A DNA stretch of 64,000 nucleotides from Zancudomyces culisetae HAW-14-8 (Eukaryota > Fungi > Kickxellomycota): positions 1,426,001-1,490,000 of the forward strand of contig JBNJNM010000006.1 in assembly GCA_052426225.1 (NCBI GenBank). Reading direction: 5' to 3'. Both the position numbers and the translations under genes were made by a program. This document shows positions 22,487 to 33,703 of the stretch, one piece after another (the first letter of the stretch is position 1; each line of letters begins with the position of its first letter). A model generated the notes under the pieces. That model saw only the letters and a list, made by a program, of their open reading frames with translations, made no database searches and was not told the DNA's origin.

Positions 22487-24041
22487 CATTGAGTTTCAAA
22501 ATTGTCTTAAAATAATAAATTTATTTTCAAAGTGTATTATCTCGCTCAATAATGTCCAGGAATTATATGTTTTTTATTAATATAATGGACAAATGTTATA
22601 GATTTATTAATAATACTGAAATTATATTGGTTAAAAATTCATTGAGTAATTAGTTAAATTAATATAATAAATCAGATATTTTGGGAATTTATCAATTTAT
22701 ATTTTTCAACTATCTTAACTTTATGAATGCTAATCTAAAATTTTAAAACTTTTACATATAATAGTATTAATATTATTTTACTAATTATATGAATAATTTA
22801 TTAAAAATGATATCTGAACAACGTAAACTGGATATTAAAAACGCGTTACTTGAAGGCAGAAGAATTGACCAAAACATTATAGAAAATGGAGTTAGTAAAG
22901 CAACAATATACAGAATTAAAGCAGCAATGAATATCAATTTACCGGCTAATAAACGCGGTCGTCCAGCGAAGCTTTTACCCCAAAGCAAGCGAATATGTAC
23001 TAGGATGATATTGTCTGGAGAGTATCGATCTGCTACTTCGATACAAAAGAAGTTAGAAATGGATAATGTTGTTAGTGCTAGTAAGTCTACAATATATAGG
23101 GCTTTTAATGATCTTAAAGCCGTTGCAAAAAAGAAGGCATCCAAACCGAAACCGAGCCTTAAAAATATTGCAAAAAGGTTGAGATTCGCAAAATCTCATC
23201 GCCACTGGACTACTGATGATTGGAGACGAGTAATTTGGTCCGACGAAACTAAAATCAACCGATTTGGATCTGATGGAAATGAATGGACTTGGGTTTGTGA
23301 TGGTGTGAGTCTACAGCCGCACAATATTAACCAGACCGTAAAACACGGTGGAGGATCATTAATGATTTGGGGATGCATCACAGCATCTGGAACTGGCTAC
23401 ATGTGCCAAATAGAAGGAATGTTAAACAAGAAAGATTATTTAAACATTTTAAAAGACGAGCTTAGCAATACAATAAAGTACTACAAGTTGGATCCCAAGT
23501 CAATAATATTTCAACATGACAATGATCCTAAACATACCGCAAAGTTAGTTACATGCTGGCTTGAAAACCAGGAATATAATACATTGGACTGGCCGCCACA
23601 ATCTCCAGACTTAAACCCAATCGAAACTATATGGGCAATCATCAAAAGACGCCTAAATAGATACAGTAAACCTCCGTCCGGGATGATCGAATTATGGGAG
23701 CGAATAGAAACGGAATGGAATTTAATTACAGTGGAAACAATACTTGGTCTTATAGATAGTATGCCCAAAAAAGTTGAGGCAGTTATCAAGTCTAAAGGAA
23801 GGTGGACAGAATTTTAAAGTTTTTTTTTGAAAAATTCCCAAAATTGTCTCATTTTTAAAATTTTTTCAGTTTATAATTTTATAATGATTTTTTAACCAAT
23901 AATAATACTAATTATATATAATAATATTATACCAATTGTGCATTAATAATATAAAAAATATCTAATTTCTGGATATTATTGAGCGAGATATTACACTTTG
24001 AAAATTATTATCATATTTAGAGACATTTTTGAAACTCACTA
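22487..24041 (+). mobile_element. Tc1-family DNA transposon with ~200-bp diverged TIRs and TA TSD
   Basis: TA-CAtTGAGTTTCAAAA...TTTTGAAACTCACTa-TA; internal TCTCGCTCAATAAT/ATTATTGAGCGAGA. Confidence 0.9.
22789..23817 (+). CDS. Tc1 DD34E transposase
   Basis: GRP, WSDETK, KHGGGSLMIWGC, FQHDNDPKH, WPPQSPDLNPIE. Confidence 0.95.
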   Translation: MNNLLKMISEQRKLDIKNALLEGRRIDQNIIENGVSKATIYRIKAAMNINLPANKRGRPAKLLPQSKRICTRMILSGEYRSATSIQKKLEMDNVVSASKSTIYRAFNDLKAVAKKKASKPKPSLKNIAKRLRFAKSHRHWTTDDWRRVIWSDETKINRFGSDGNEWTWVCDGVSLQPHNINQTVKHGGGSLMIWGCITASGTGYMCQIEGMLNKKDYLNILKDELSNTIKYYKLDPKSIIFQHDNDPKHTAKLVTCWLENQEYNTLDWPPQSPDLNPIETIWAIIKRRLNRYSKPPSGMIELWERIETEWNLITVETILGLIDSMPKKVEAVIKSKGRWTEF

Positions 24042-24339
24042 TATGTATTAGATCAAAACTTAATTTATTGATAATTTTTCTTACTAAAAATTGTACAGGT
24101 ATTATACTTTAAACGGTAAATAATAATCCATATTAATAAACCTATATATTAATAATCTCATAATCTTTTGTTAGTTCAAATCTAGAACAAACCCGTATAT
24201 AAAAAAATCTAAACTCGAACTTGTATATAAATAAATAAACTAATAATTAACCATGACAGATATATTTTTGGATATGCAAGAACATGTATAAAAATTCTAT
24301 AATTTAACTAAATAAAATTGTATGTTAATCCTATAGGAT

Positions 24340-25223
24340 CTAGGAGAGATCACTGCCACTATATAAATATAAATACATTTTGAAGAAATGATATCGGTAT
24401 TCTAACCAGAATATTTCAGGATTGTGTAAACTAAACCAAGGTGTTCCTAGTATAAAATTTGGATGAGTACTGTTTATTAGATCAAAATTTTTCACTTCGG
24501 TGTAGTAGTCGCAAGAGTTCATGGTCTGAGGTGATGTTATTTTTTGAAATTGTTCCTGAAATTAGGTTTTTACTAACTACCGATTCTGCAGGTATTGTCT
24601 GGGTTTTTTAAGTAGTGTGATGTTATGACTTGATTAAATTTATATATATATTATTTATTATATTATATTATTTATTATATTATATTATTTAGAAAAATAT
24701 GGTTTTCAATAGTGAATGAAATATTTTTCTCTGAAGTGCTCTTTCGATGGACTTCGAAAGGGTATTTATACTTTTTACTCCAGAGATTTTTCCAAATAAA
24801 ATTTTATTAAGTAAAGTTTCTATCAAACTATAAATTTGACTATTAAACTTATGAATAACTGACGTTATTAACTACCGTGAGTTTAGTGTGTCAATGATTG
24901 CGTCATTCATGTTATTTTGATGATATTTTGAATTATTAGTTTCGGAATCTTTTCTATGTTTCATATTTCCTAAAATGGTCTGTGAATATTATTATATATA
25001 ATTTCATCGAGAAATTCATTTTTACATGACTTGGTTAGATAAATTTAATAATTTGTACTTAGTTACATTATAGTAATTTGTACTTATTTACATTATAGTA
25101 ATTTGTACTTAGTTACATTTTAGAGATTTGTATTTGGTTACAATCTCATTTTGTAACCTTCTGATTTGGTCATGAGTAGTTTTGTAAACGTCAATTTAAT
25201 TTTAATATAATTATTTTTTGACA
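24340..25223 (-). mobile_element. Degenerate chromovirus remnant related to E (protease fragment plus LTR from 24621)
   Basis: FILGTPWFSLHNPEIFW resembles ILGLPWL..QPIIDW; LTR has ATATTTTTCTCTGA..TTCGAAAGGG as in E LTR; right end approximate. Confidence 0.6.
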
Positions 25224-25475
25224 CAATTCCTACAAAATATATTTATAGTCCCACTGTTATTGGAAAGCTCATAATTAAAAAATATGAAAATTTATTTATT
25301 TCCTGTCGCTCTCGTTAGTTTGGGTATTCTATTCGCTATACTATCATAAACCGTATTTAATTTAATTCTGCATGCTCTCATTAGTAGTAGAGTCCACTAT
25401 TGAATTGTTATTGATTTGCTATAATATATATGAAGTCTATATGCCACAATGAAAAAAAAATAATGACATTTAGTC

Positions 25476-25850
25476 TAACGGTTACATACTTTTAGCTAGC
25501 ATATCAATTGCGATTCCTTAGCAGTTAAAACTACTTTAAGCGCAAGGCGAATCAAATAATAATGACCCATGATAATAAAGATTGAATATTCAACGATCAT
25601 CGAATATATGGTGAGCTGACTAAAGAAAATAGCATATATAGCCTTTATTAACCGAATATACTTTACATATACGTAATTTATATAGATATAGTTATGCTTA
25701 GTGCTTTATATATTTACCACAATAAATTTGAAATATTACACACACCAACGGCGAACAATAATAGTTAAGTGATCCGAAACCAGAGTAATATTGACATAAT
25801 AAGAGATATACCAAACTCAGCCATAAGATTAGATGATAAATATATTACTA
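25476..25850 (+). repeat. Unclassified ~400-bp TAACGG repeat, copy 2
   Basis: Aligns with copies 1 and 3; lies 3' of tRNA-Leu. Confidence 0.85.
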
Positions 25851-25966
25851 TCTTTTTATATTTACAAATATTACAATATAAACACCAAATAATAAAAAAA
25901 TGATATTAAACTTTGTATTATACAACAAAAATAAATATAAAAAAAATTTTGACAAATCAAAAAGCA

Positions 25967-26048
25967 TGGTATCAGTGAGATTCGAACTCACGCCTCTTTC
26001 GAGACCGCAACTTGAGTGCGGCGCCTTAGACCGCTCGGCCATAATACC
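25967..26048 (-). tRNA. tRNA-Leu(CAA)
   Basis: GGTATTA/TGATACC-A; CCGCA-CT-CAA-GT-TGCGG; long variable arm; GTTCGAATC. Confidence 0.96.
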
Positions 26049-26053
26049 ATATG

Positions 26054-29000
26054 TGTCTTAATAAGCCGAATTTCATTATAAACTCGAATAGTGTACGAGA
26101 AATTTCGCTGTACACTCATCGCGGGATGTCAATTTTTATAATTTTTATTGTCGTTTAAATTTTTTGTTTAAATTAATTTCGACTCAGCATGAAATAAATT
26201 CTACATGCTGAGTCCATTCAATAATGATGATTCTAGTACGAAATATGTTTTCATACTGAACATCAAATAATTTTAATGATTATGTGTTCCCACACATAAT
26301 CGTAATTGCACGTATGCTGCAATTATGAAACAAAACTATTAGTATACTTAACAGAATGTTAATAGTGTATAATTACTTTATTTTATTGGAAAACTAGTTT
26401 AGCATATAAGTTTAATCATATATATATGTGATATAGCAGTTTAGTAGAAAACTCATCCATGTCCTACTATACGGATTAATTAATAAACTCAGTTTAAATA
26501 AAGATAATTCAAATCAACTTAAAGTAAAATAATCATAATGATTAACTATTTGTTTAACACAGGTGTGAGAGAGTCTAGGAGAGATTCGTCAACCACCTCC
26601 AACAGTACTAGGGGCAGTAGCATGGACCAGGATATCGGGACACTCAGTCCTCGAACCCTTGGGGAACTGACGGAAAGCGTCCGACAGATCCAGATCCGTA
26701 GAAGCCCGGAAAGCATGTCGGTAGATACACCATCTCCGACGGGATATAGGGATAGTGTCTCATCCGAGAACATCCTAATGAACATTCAGTTACACAAGAG
26801 GAGTGTAACCGAGGCCACAGAACAAGCTTCCCCAAGCTTGGCACGTGGTGAGAGCGCGAGTGGGATTACCGAAAGATCCCACTCTGCGACATGGCGTCAG
26901 CGACAGGATCATCATTACACTGATGATCCATTGGATATGAATATACCGGCATCAAGCCCAGACCTTTGCAGCTCACCCGAAATTTACTTCTCACCAAAAC
27001 ATTCACAATCTATGCCTATAACACCTAATTCATACAGACCTTCAACAGCACAAGTGGCTAAAAGACTATTCTTTAATGGTGTAAATAAAATTAAGGAATT
27101 AGCACCCAAAACAGTGGAAATTTTCAACTTTGACACTAAAACAGAACAAGGAACCCAGACAAATGAATCAGGCTCCAGTAAGAATCCTCGCAGACCACAG
27201 GTTATAGGAGCTAAGACCGCCAAAGAAGTACTTGAAACCAATGTGAAGGCAACACAAGATAGGATCATTCGCGGACAGGACAAAACAGCACCCGGTTGGT
27301 TGCCGATCCCACCTCCGATATTCAAAAACACTTGGGACCAAGACCCCGAAGAATTTCTAAACAAATTTTGCAAACACGTAAACTCGTTAGAACAGATACT
27401 TACATTAGACGAAACATACACTTACCTGGAAACATTTTTGGAGGGACCAATAAAGAAAACGGTTGTAGACCTTATGACCATTCAGGACAACTGGGAAGAT
27501 TTTTGCACCTTATTTCTTTCGACCTGTAACAAATACCGCGATACTTCAGAAGCTCGTAAACACTTTGAAAAATACAACCTATATAATAATAACCCAATTA
27601 CTACTTTTGCCGATTTAAAAAGGCTGTTTAAAAATATGAAGATTGTGGATGAGGATAGAATGGCAGAGGAAGTGTTTAAAAAATTAAACCCGACAGACAA
27701 ACAACACATAAGAAACAACAATAATGGTATAACTATGAAATCAATGTTAGCTTACATGATACAAAGGGAGGAAGACATTATCGAAACTAAGAAGTCACAA
27801 GGGATTAGAAACATTAAAAATGATAATTCAAAATACAATAACACCAACAAAAATTATAAAACATATAATAACAAAAATATTCACAATACAAATACTTATA
27901 ATAACCATAAAAAGATTTATAATACAGACAATACAAATACCTATAAACAAAATCAATTCAAGCTAAGAGAAAATAAGAGTAGCGGTATCAGAAGCCAATA
28001 TGAAACTCCATCACGACGTAATAAACAACAGAATAAAGACTACCCAAATGTTAGATGCTATAAATGTCGGCAAAACGGGCATTATGCTAATAACTGCCCA
28101 AATACAATTGAGGATGTCGAAATGAAGACCGCTACTCCAATAAAACGTTCAACATCAGACACAAATCATGAAGTAAATCTAGTGGAACTCCAGAGACAAG
28201 GCAAAAATCAGATTACATATTCACAACATGACATGAGTAGAAAAATAAATGCGATCATGGGAAGCGTTTACATCAATGGAATATGTACGCAGTTTCAATA
28301 TGATAGCGGAGCAGCGACAAACCTTATGAGCTACAACATGGCAAAGACATTAAACCTAGGCACCGGACAGGAAACAAACGTGGCAATCGTCGGGATCGAT
28401 GGAAACCCGTACAAACCAAGATACTACCCGCAAGTTGAACTGAAATTCGACACATTCAGTATATTAATACCTATTTACTCCATCGAAAAGGGTAAACGCG
28501 ATCTGTTATTATTAGGAGTAGACTTACTTGCTTGTCTAAATGCACAGATTGACTTGATGAATGGTAATATAGTTTGTGAATTAAATGGCGTTCGTCACAA
28601 CATACCTATATTTTTAAGAACAGATGGTACAGAACATGAAGATAACCAAAAAGCTATTAATAAAGTGGATATCAGTGAACAAATAGTCAACCAAAACTTA
28701 CCTAGTGACTTAAAGCAACGCATGGATATCCTAATCAACAAGAACAGGGATAGGTTCTCAGACAGATTAGAAGAGTTTCAGGGAGCAATGGTAAATCCAG
28801 TCAATGTGGAACTAGATGATAAGAGACCCATTCACTGTAAGCCATACCGCTTGGCTAAGAGATTACAATGGGAAGTGCTAGACCAAATAGCGGATATGGA
28901 ACAACAAGGAGTGATTGTCAGATCAAACAGTCCTTACTGCTTTCCTATGGTAGTTGTCAACAAAAAAGATGGGAAAAAAAGGATCTGTGTTGATTACAGA

Positions 29001-32000
29001 AAACTAAACGACATATCCAAGAAAGACTCTTACCCAATACCAAATATCGAAGAAATTCTAAGTAACTTACAAGGCTCCAAATATTTCACAACATTAGATG
29101 CACTAAGCGGGTATTGGCAGATACCCCTAGATAAGCCTACTCAGGAAATGACAGCTTTCACGCCTGGTCCAGGACTAGGTTTGTACCAATTCACGGTACT
29201 TCCCTTCGGGCTAACCAATGCCCCTGCTATTTTTCAAAGAGTAATGGAGGAAGTTCTTAGGAGTGAATTACACCGATGTGTACTAGTTTATATAGATGAT
29301 ATAATAATATTCTCGCGAACCTTCGAAGACCACTTACAAGATGTGCAACGTGTTATCGAATTACTAAGAAGTAAAAATATAAAATTACATTCGGAAAAGT
29401 GTAAAATAGGTTTTACAGAAGTAAAATACCTAGGCCATATAGTTAGTGCTGAAGGAATAAGACCGGATACTGAAAATATTAATAAAATAAGAAACATAAA
29501 GCAGCCAACCAATGTAGATGGAATAAGAAGTTACCTCGGTTTAGTAGGATACTATAGAAAGTTTATTAAAAACTTCTCAACAATCGCTAAACCCCTAACA
29601 ACTCTGACAAAACAAGGTGTACCATTTGTATGGGGCTCAACACAACAAGAAGCATACAACTACTTTCAAAAACAACTTACCAGTAAACCTATATTGAACC
29701 ATCCAAACTGGGAAGAAGACTTTACAGTAATAACCGACGCCTCCAAAGTAGGATTAGGGGCCATATTGGCACAAGGTGTAGAAGGAAGAGAAAAAATAAT
29801 TTCCTACGCCAACAGAACATTAAGTCCACCAGAAACAAACTACAGTATAACTCACCTGGAAGGACTAGGAGTAGTATGGGCAGTCACCCACTTTCACTAC
29901 TACCTCTATGGACGCAAGTTTACCGTTATAACCGACCACAGCGCATTGGTGGAACTTTTCAAGAAGGAACCAGCTAAAGGACGGATAGGAAGATGGATTC
30001 TTAAACTCAGACACTACGATTTTAATGTAGTACATAGAGAAGGTAAAAAGAATCCTGCAGATTACCTTAGTCGTTTTCCATGGGAAGAAATTCCGGAGCA
30101 AATTGAAGAGGTATTATACATTTCAGTTGAAGGATATGAATCGTTAAAAGCAAAAGTAAAAGATGGAGTTATCAATCACAATAGCGAGGGACCTATAAAA
30201 AATCTTGTTGTTGAAAACGACAAGCTAATTTACAATGATAAAACAAAAAGAATATATATACATCCAAATGAGTTATATGAAGTTATTTACAACATACACT
30301 ATGAACAACACAGAGATGTAAACTCTACATATAAATATCTATGTGACCATTACTATGCGCCAAGCAGTTATTCAGTTGTCAAGCTTATCGTAGAACGCTG
30401 TGAAGTTTGTCAACGTTCGAACTACACAATTAGAAAAGCCGAAAAGCTACATCCTATAATCATACATGTACCCTTCAAAGTATGGGGATTGGATGTAGCA
30501 GGACCAATAAATCCCACTACGCAACCACAAGGTAATAAGTATATTATAATGGCAGTAGACTACTTTACCAAATGGCCTGTTGCTTTAGCAGTTAAATCTG
30601 TTAACGCCGAAGTAATATGTACGTTTATTACTGAAATGATTATATCAAATTTTGGGGTACCAAAAATATTAATAACGGACAGAGGATCCCACTTAAGTAA
30701 TGAAGCATGTGCCAAGTTCAACGAATTCCTGGGTATCGAACAAAAACCAGTAACAGCATACCGGCCTAGCGCAAATGGCCAAATTGAAAGATCAATACAA
30801 ACTTTGAAACAGCTGCTGATAAAACAAACTATAAGTAGACCAGAAAATTGGGATGCTTATATATGGAGGGTGTTATTAACAATGCGAACTACCGTACACA
30901 GAGGATTGGGACGTTCCCCAGCCGAGATAGTGTATGGACTAAATTTATTGACACCAGAAGTTTGGACAAGTTATATACCGGAAGATATTGAAAAGGAACT
31001 AGCTTTAAAAAACCGGATAAAAATCTTGGAAAAAGATATACCCACCTACAGAAGGTTAACAATTGATCTGGCAAGAAAGCAAAAGATTTATGAAGAAGAT
31101 AGATACAACAAAGGAGTTAAGCCAAGAACACTACACATAGGTGAACAAGTGTTAAAAGCAACAACTACCAGAAATCCATTCACTATGCACAGAAACGTAG
31201 GTCCATTCGAAGTAATCAATGACCTAGGAAATGGAATATATGAGATAGAGGATCGGAACGGAAATGTTGATAAAGTACACGTAGACCGTTTAAGAAAATA
31301 CTATTCGGAATACGAAATCATACCGGACTTATACACTGGTAGTGCAAGAACAACAGGAGCTAAAATGATGAAGAAACCTTCAAATTACAATTCGATCGAG
31401 GACGATCAAGATTCAAGGGGGGGAATGTCGCAATAAGCCGAATTTCATTATAAACTCGAATAGTGTACGAGAAATTTCGCTGTACACTCATCGCGGGATG
31501 TCAATTTTTATAATTTTTATTGTCGTTTAAATTTTTTGTTTAAATTAATTTCGACTCAGCATGAAATAAATTCTACATGCTGAGTCCATTCAATAATGAT
31601 GATTCTAGTACGAAATATGTTTTCATACTGAACATCAAATAATTTTAATGATTATGTGTTCCCACACATAATCGTAATTGCACGTATGCTGCAATTATGA
31701 AACAAAACTATTAGTATACTTAACAGAATGTTAATAGTGTATAATTACTTTATTTTATTGGAAAACTAGTTAAGCATATAAGTTTAATCATATATATATG
31801 TGATATAGCAGTTTAGTAGAAAACTCATCCATGTCCTACTATACGGATTAATTAATAAACTCAGTTTAAATAAAGATAATTCAAATCAACTTAAAGTAAA
31901 ATAATCATAATGATTAACTATTTGTTTAACACAGGTGTGAGAGAGTCTAGGAGAGATTCGTCAACCACCTCCAACAGTACTAGGGGCAGTAGCATGGACC

Positions 32001-32263
32001 AGGATATCGGGACACTCAGTCCTCGAACCCTTGGGGAACTGACGGAAAGCGTCCGACAGATCCAGATCCGTAGAAGCCCGGAAAGCATGTCGGTAGATAC
32101 ACCATCTCCGACGGGATATAGGGATAGTGTCTCATCCGAGAACATCCTAATGAACATTCAGTTACACAAGAGGAGTGTAACCGAGGCCACAGAACAAGCT
32201 TCCCCAAGCTTGGCACGTGGTGAGAGCGCGAGTGGGATTACCGAAAGATCCCACTCTGCGACA
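26054..32263 (+). mobile_element. Ty3/gypsy element C (A family), 838-bp LTRs 26054-26891 and 31426-32263, TSD TATG
   Basis: LTR pair with 3 differences seen; PBS at 26892; PPT AAGGGGGGGAA; TATG at 26050-53 and 32264-67. Confidence 0.97.
26538..31436 (+). CDS. Element C intact single-ORF Gag-Pol, starting in the 5' LTR and ending in the 3' LTR
   Basis: 1632 aa; CCHC, YDSGA, YIDD, TDAS, HHCC, TDRG, GPF. Confidence 0.96.
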   Translation: MINYLFNTGVRESRRDSSTTSNSTRGSSMDQDIGTLSPRTLGELTESVRQIQIRRSPESMSVDTPSPTGYRDSVSSENILMNIQLHKRSVTEATEQASPSLARGESASGITERSHSATWRQRQDHHYTDDPLDMNIPASSPDLCSSPEIYFSPKHSQSMPITPNSYRPSTAQVAKRLFFNGVNKIKELAPKTVEIFNFDTKTEQGTQTNESGSSKNPRRPQVIGAKTAKEVLETNVKATQDRIIRGQDKTAPGWLPIPPPIFKNTWDQDPEEFLNKFCKHVNSLEQILTLDETYTYLETFLEGPIKKTVVDLMTIQDNWEDFCTLFLSTCNKYRDTSEARKHFEKYNLYNNNPITTFADLKRLFKNMKIVDEDRMAEEVFKKLNPTDKQHIRNNNNGITMKSMLAYMIQREEDIIETKKSQGIRNIKNDNSKYNNTNKNYKTYNNKNIHNTNTYNNHKKIYNTDNTNTYKQNQFKLRENKSSGIRSQYETPSRRNKQQNKDYPNVRCYKCRQNGHYANNCPNTIEDVEMKTATPIKRSTSDTNHEVNLVELQRQGKNQITYSQHDMSRKINAIMGSVYINGICTQFQYDSGAATNLMSYNMAKTLNLGTGQETNVAIVGIDGNPYKPRYYPQVELKFDTFSILIPIYSIEKGKRDLLLLGVDLLACLNAQIDLMNGNIVCELNGVRHNIPIFLRTDGTEHEDNQKAINKVDISEQIVNQNLPSDLKQRMDILINKNRDRFSDRLEEFQGAMVNPVNVELDDKRPIHCKPYRLAKRLQWEVLDQIADMEQQGVIVRSNSPYCFPMVVVNKKDGKKRICVDYRKLNDISKKDSYPIPNIEEILSNLQGSKYFTTLDALSGYWQIPLDKPTQEMTAFTPGPGLGLYQFTVLPFGLTNAPAIFQRVMEEVLRSELHRCVLVYIDDIIIFSRTFEDHLQDVQRVIELLRSKNIKLHSEKCKIGFTEVKYLGHIVSAEGIRPDTENINKIRNIKQPTNVDGIRSYLGLVGYYRKFIKNFSTIAKPLTTLTKQGVPFVWGSTQQEAYNYFQKQLTSKPILNHPNWEEDFTVITDASKVGLGAILAQGVEGREKIISYANRTLSPPETNYSITHLEGLGVVWAVTHFHYYLYGRKFTVITDHSALVELFKKEPAKGRIGRWILKLRHYDFNVVHREGKKNPADYLSRFPWEEIPEQIEEVLYISVEGYESLKAKVKDGVINHNSEGPIKNLVVENDKLIYNDKTKRIYIHPNELYEVIYNIHYEQHRDVNSTYKYLCDHYYAPSSYSVVKLIVERCEVCQRSNYTIRKAEKLHPIIIHVPFKVWGLDVAGPINPTTQPQGNKYIIMAVDYFTKWPVALAVKSVNAEVICTFITEMIISNFGVPKILITDRGSHLSNEACAKFNEFLGIEQKPVTAYRPSANGQIERSIQTLKQLLIKQTISRPENWDAYIWRVLLTMRTTVHRGLGRSPAEIVYGLNLLTPEVWTSYIPEDIEKELALKNRIKILEKDIPTYRRLTIDLARKQKIYEEDRYNKGVKPRTLHIGEQVLKATTTRNPFTMHRNVGPFEVINDLGNGIYEIEDRNGNVDKVHVDRLRKYYSEYEIIPDLYTGSARTTGAKMMKKPSNYNSIEDDQDSRGGMSQ

Positions 32264-32284
32264 TATGGGAGCTCCGAGGATTGA
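31910..32284 (+). CDS. 3'-LTR copy of the LTR-encoded Gag N-terminal ORF of C
   Basis: Identical to the first 118 aa of ORF 26538; expression unknown. Confidence 0.4.
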   Translation: MINYLFNTGVRESRRDSSTTSNSTRGSSMDQDIGTLSPRTLGELTESVRQIQIRRSPESMSVDTPSPTGYRDSVSSENILMNIQLHKRSVTEATEQASPSLARGESASGITERSHSATYGSSED

Positions 32285-32338
32285 ACTCGGGACCGTACGA
32301 TCTTCAGTCGCACGCTCTCCCAGCTGAGCTAAGCTCCC
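32266..32338 (-). tRNA. tRNA-Phe(GAA)
   Basis: GGGAGCT/AGCTCCC-A; anticodon loop CT-GAA-GA; GTTCAATCC. Confidence 0.96.
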
Positions 32339-32344
32339 ATTATG

Positions 32345-33034
32345 TGTTGTAATTTTAGTTTGCAGAAAATTTCTCAGGAAATTTCCGCAACTAAACCTAC
32401 AAAAAGTTCTGCTAATAGAGGGGGATTGTTACTGGAATAAGTTTTACTTTATTTAACCAGTCAACCCTACCTTTTTAGCTTATATTTAATTTAGTTTTAT
32501 GTATTTATTACTTCAATAAATGCGATAAAACTGGGTAAAATTACGCCCAACTCCTAAAATTTGGTGTGCAAAACGATTAATTTTGGTCCAAAAATTAGAC
32601 TCTGATACCTTTCTGATACCCTTTGAAAATTGTGTTACGCTTCACTATCTATGTAATTTTTTGGTTTTAGATAGGTTTTTGCTCAAATCACAAATTTCAA
32701 TTTTATATAGTAAAATCAAGTATTTTAGAGCTAATTTGTATTTTATTTAATTAATAACTTTTAAAAATAAAAAGATAAAACCACCAAACTTGTGGTGGGG
32801 TTACTAGTAATATACTAGTACCTGACTAGCTATTTTATTAGAACTTTATATAATAGAAACTTGAAATAAAACAATGAAAACTGAATATTTCACCAACATT
32901 TTGGGTGATAATTTCACCCTAGTAATCCCAGATTTCTTGCTCGAACACCCGAGATAACGGTGGTTATTCGGTGTTTGAGAAGCTGTATGCTGTTCATCCA
33001 ATAGTTTAGCTTGGGTAGAACTAAGCATACAACA
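32345..33034. mobile_element. Solo LTR, TSD TATG, 6 bp upstream of tRNA-Phe
   Basis: TGTTGTA...TACAACA flanked by TATG at 32341-44 and 33035-38. Confidence 0.85.
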
Positions 33035-33038
33035 TATG

Positions 33039-33444
33039 TGTATTATATTTTTAATATCTTTGGATTTTTAGGGGCCTTGTACTCAACTCCGAACTCTATC
33101 GCACTTGTATAGTTATTATCCTACACCCTTGCTAATAGTTCGTTTTATAAAGTTAGTACCGTTGTAATTTTTGTATCTCGTATTTTCTTTTTATTCCCCC
33201 TTTTCTTCTTCAAAACTGTGTATAAATTATATATATCTTTTGTTATCTCTAAAACTAAATATAAAACTTTTTCTGGTAACGACTATCCTGTTATCAAGGA
33301 TAGAAATTGGATAAAACCCTCCATAGGGAGAAAAGTCCAATCTCCAATGAAATAAATATGATAAAATAAATATGATAAACTAAATATGATAAATAAACTG
33401 CCAATCAAAGCTAGAAGGAATGAACTATCATTAATTATATGACA
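33039..33444 (-). mobile_element. Solo LTR (B/D-like), TSD TATG
   Basis: TGT...GACA flanked by TATG at 33035-38 and 33445-48; GGGAGAAAAGTCCAATCT shared with D LTR; matches 1-77. Confidence 0.8.
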
Positions 33445-33446
33445 TA

Positions 33447-33703
33447 TGTCGGTGTGTGTTGCCATGTTTAAGCTCCCATTTAGTGTTTTTTACACCAAAT
33501 AACATACGGGATGGGTCATTTTACTTACCAATTACTATATGCTGCGAATTATTATAGTGTTATTTTGATTTAGTTAAAGAGGACATTTATTTAGTTAAAC
33601 AAAAATTTTTATTTTATACAATAAAATCTACAAAAAATCTAACTAAAAATTACAAAACACAACTAACCAATGGATATGTTTCGCCTAGTGTAGGCACACA
33701 ACA
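33447..33703. mobile_element. Solo LTR, same family as 54563-54816
   Basis: High similarity to 54563-54816; TGT...CAACA termini. Confidence 0.8.

Noticed and set aside
25848-26042. 64-aa ORF MAERSKAPHSS
   Set aside because: Translation of the tRNA-Leu gene
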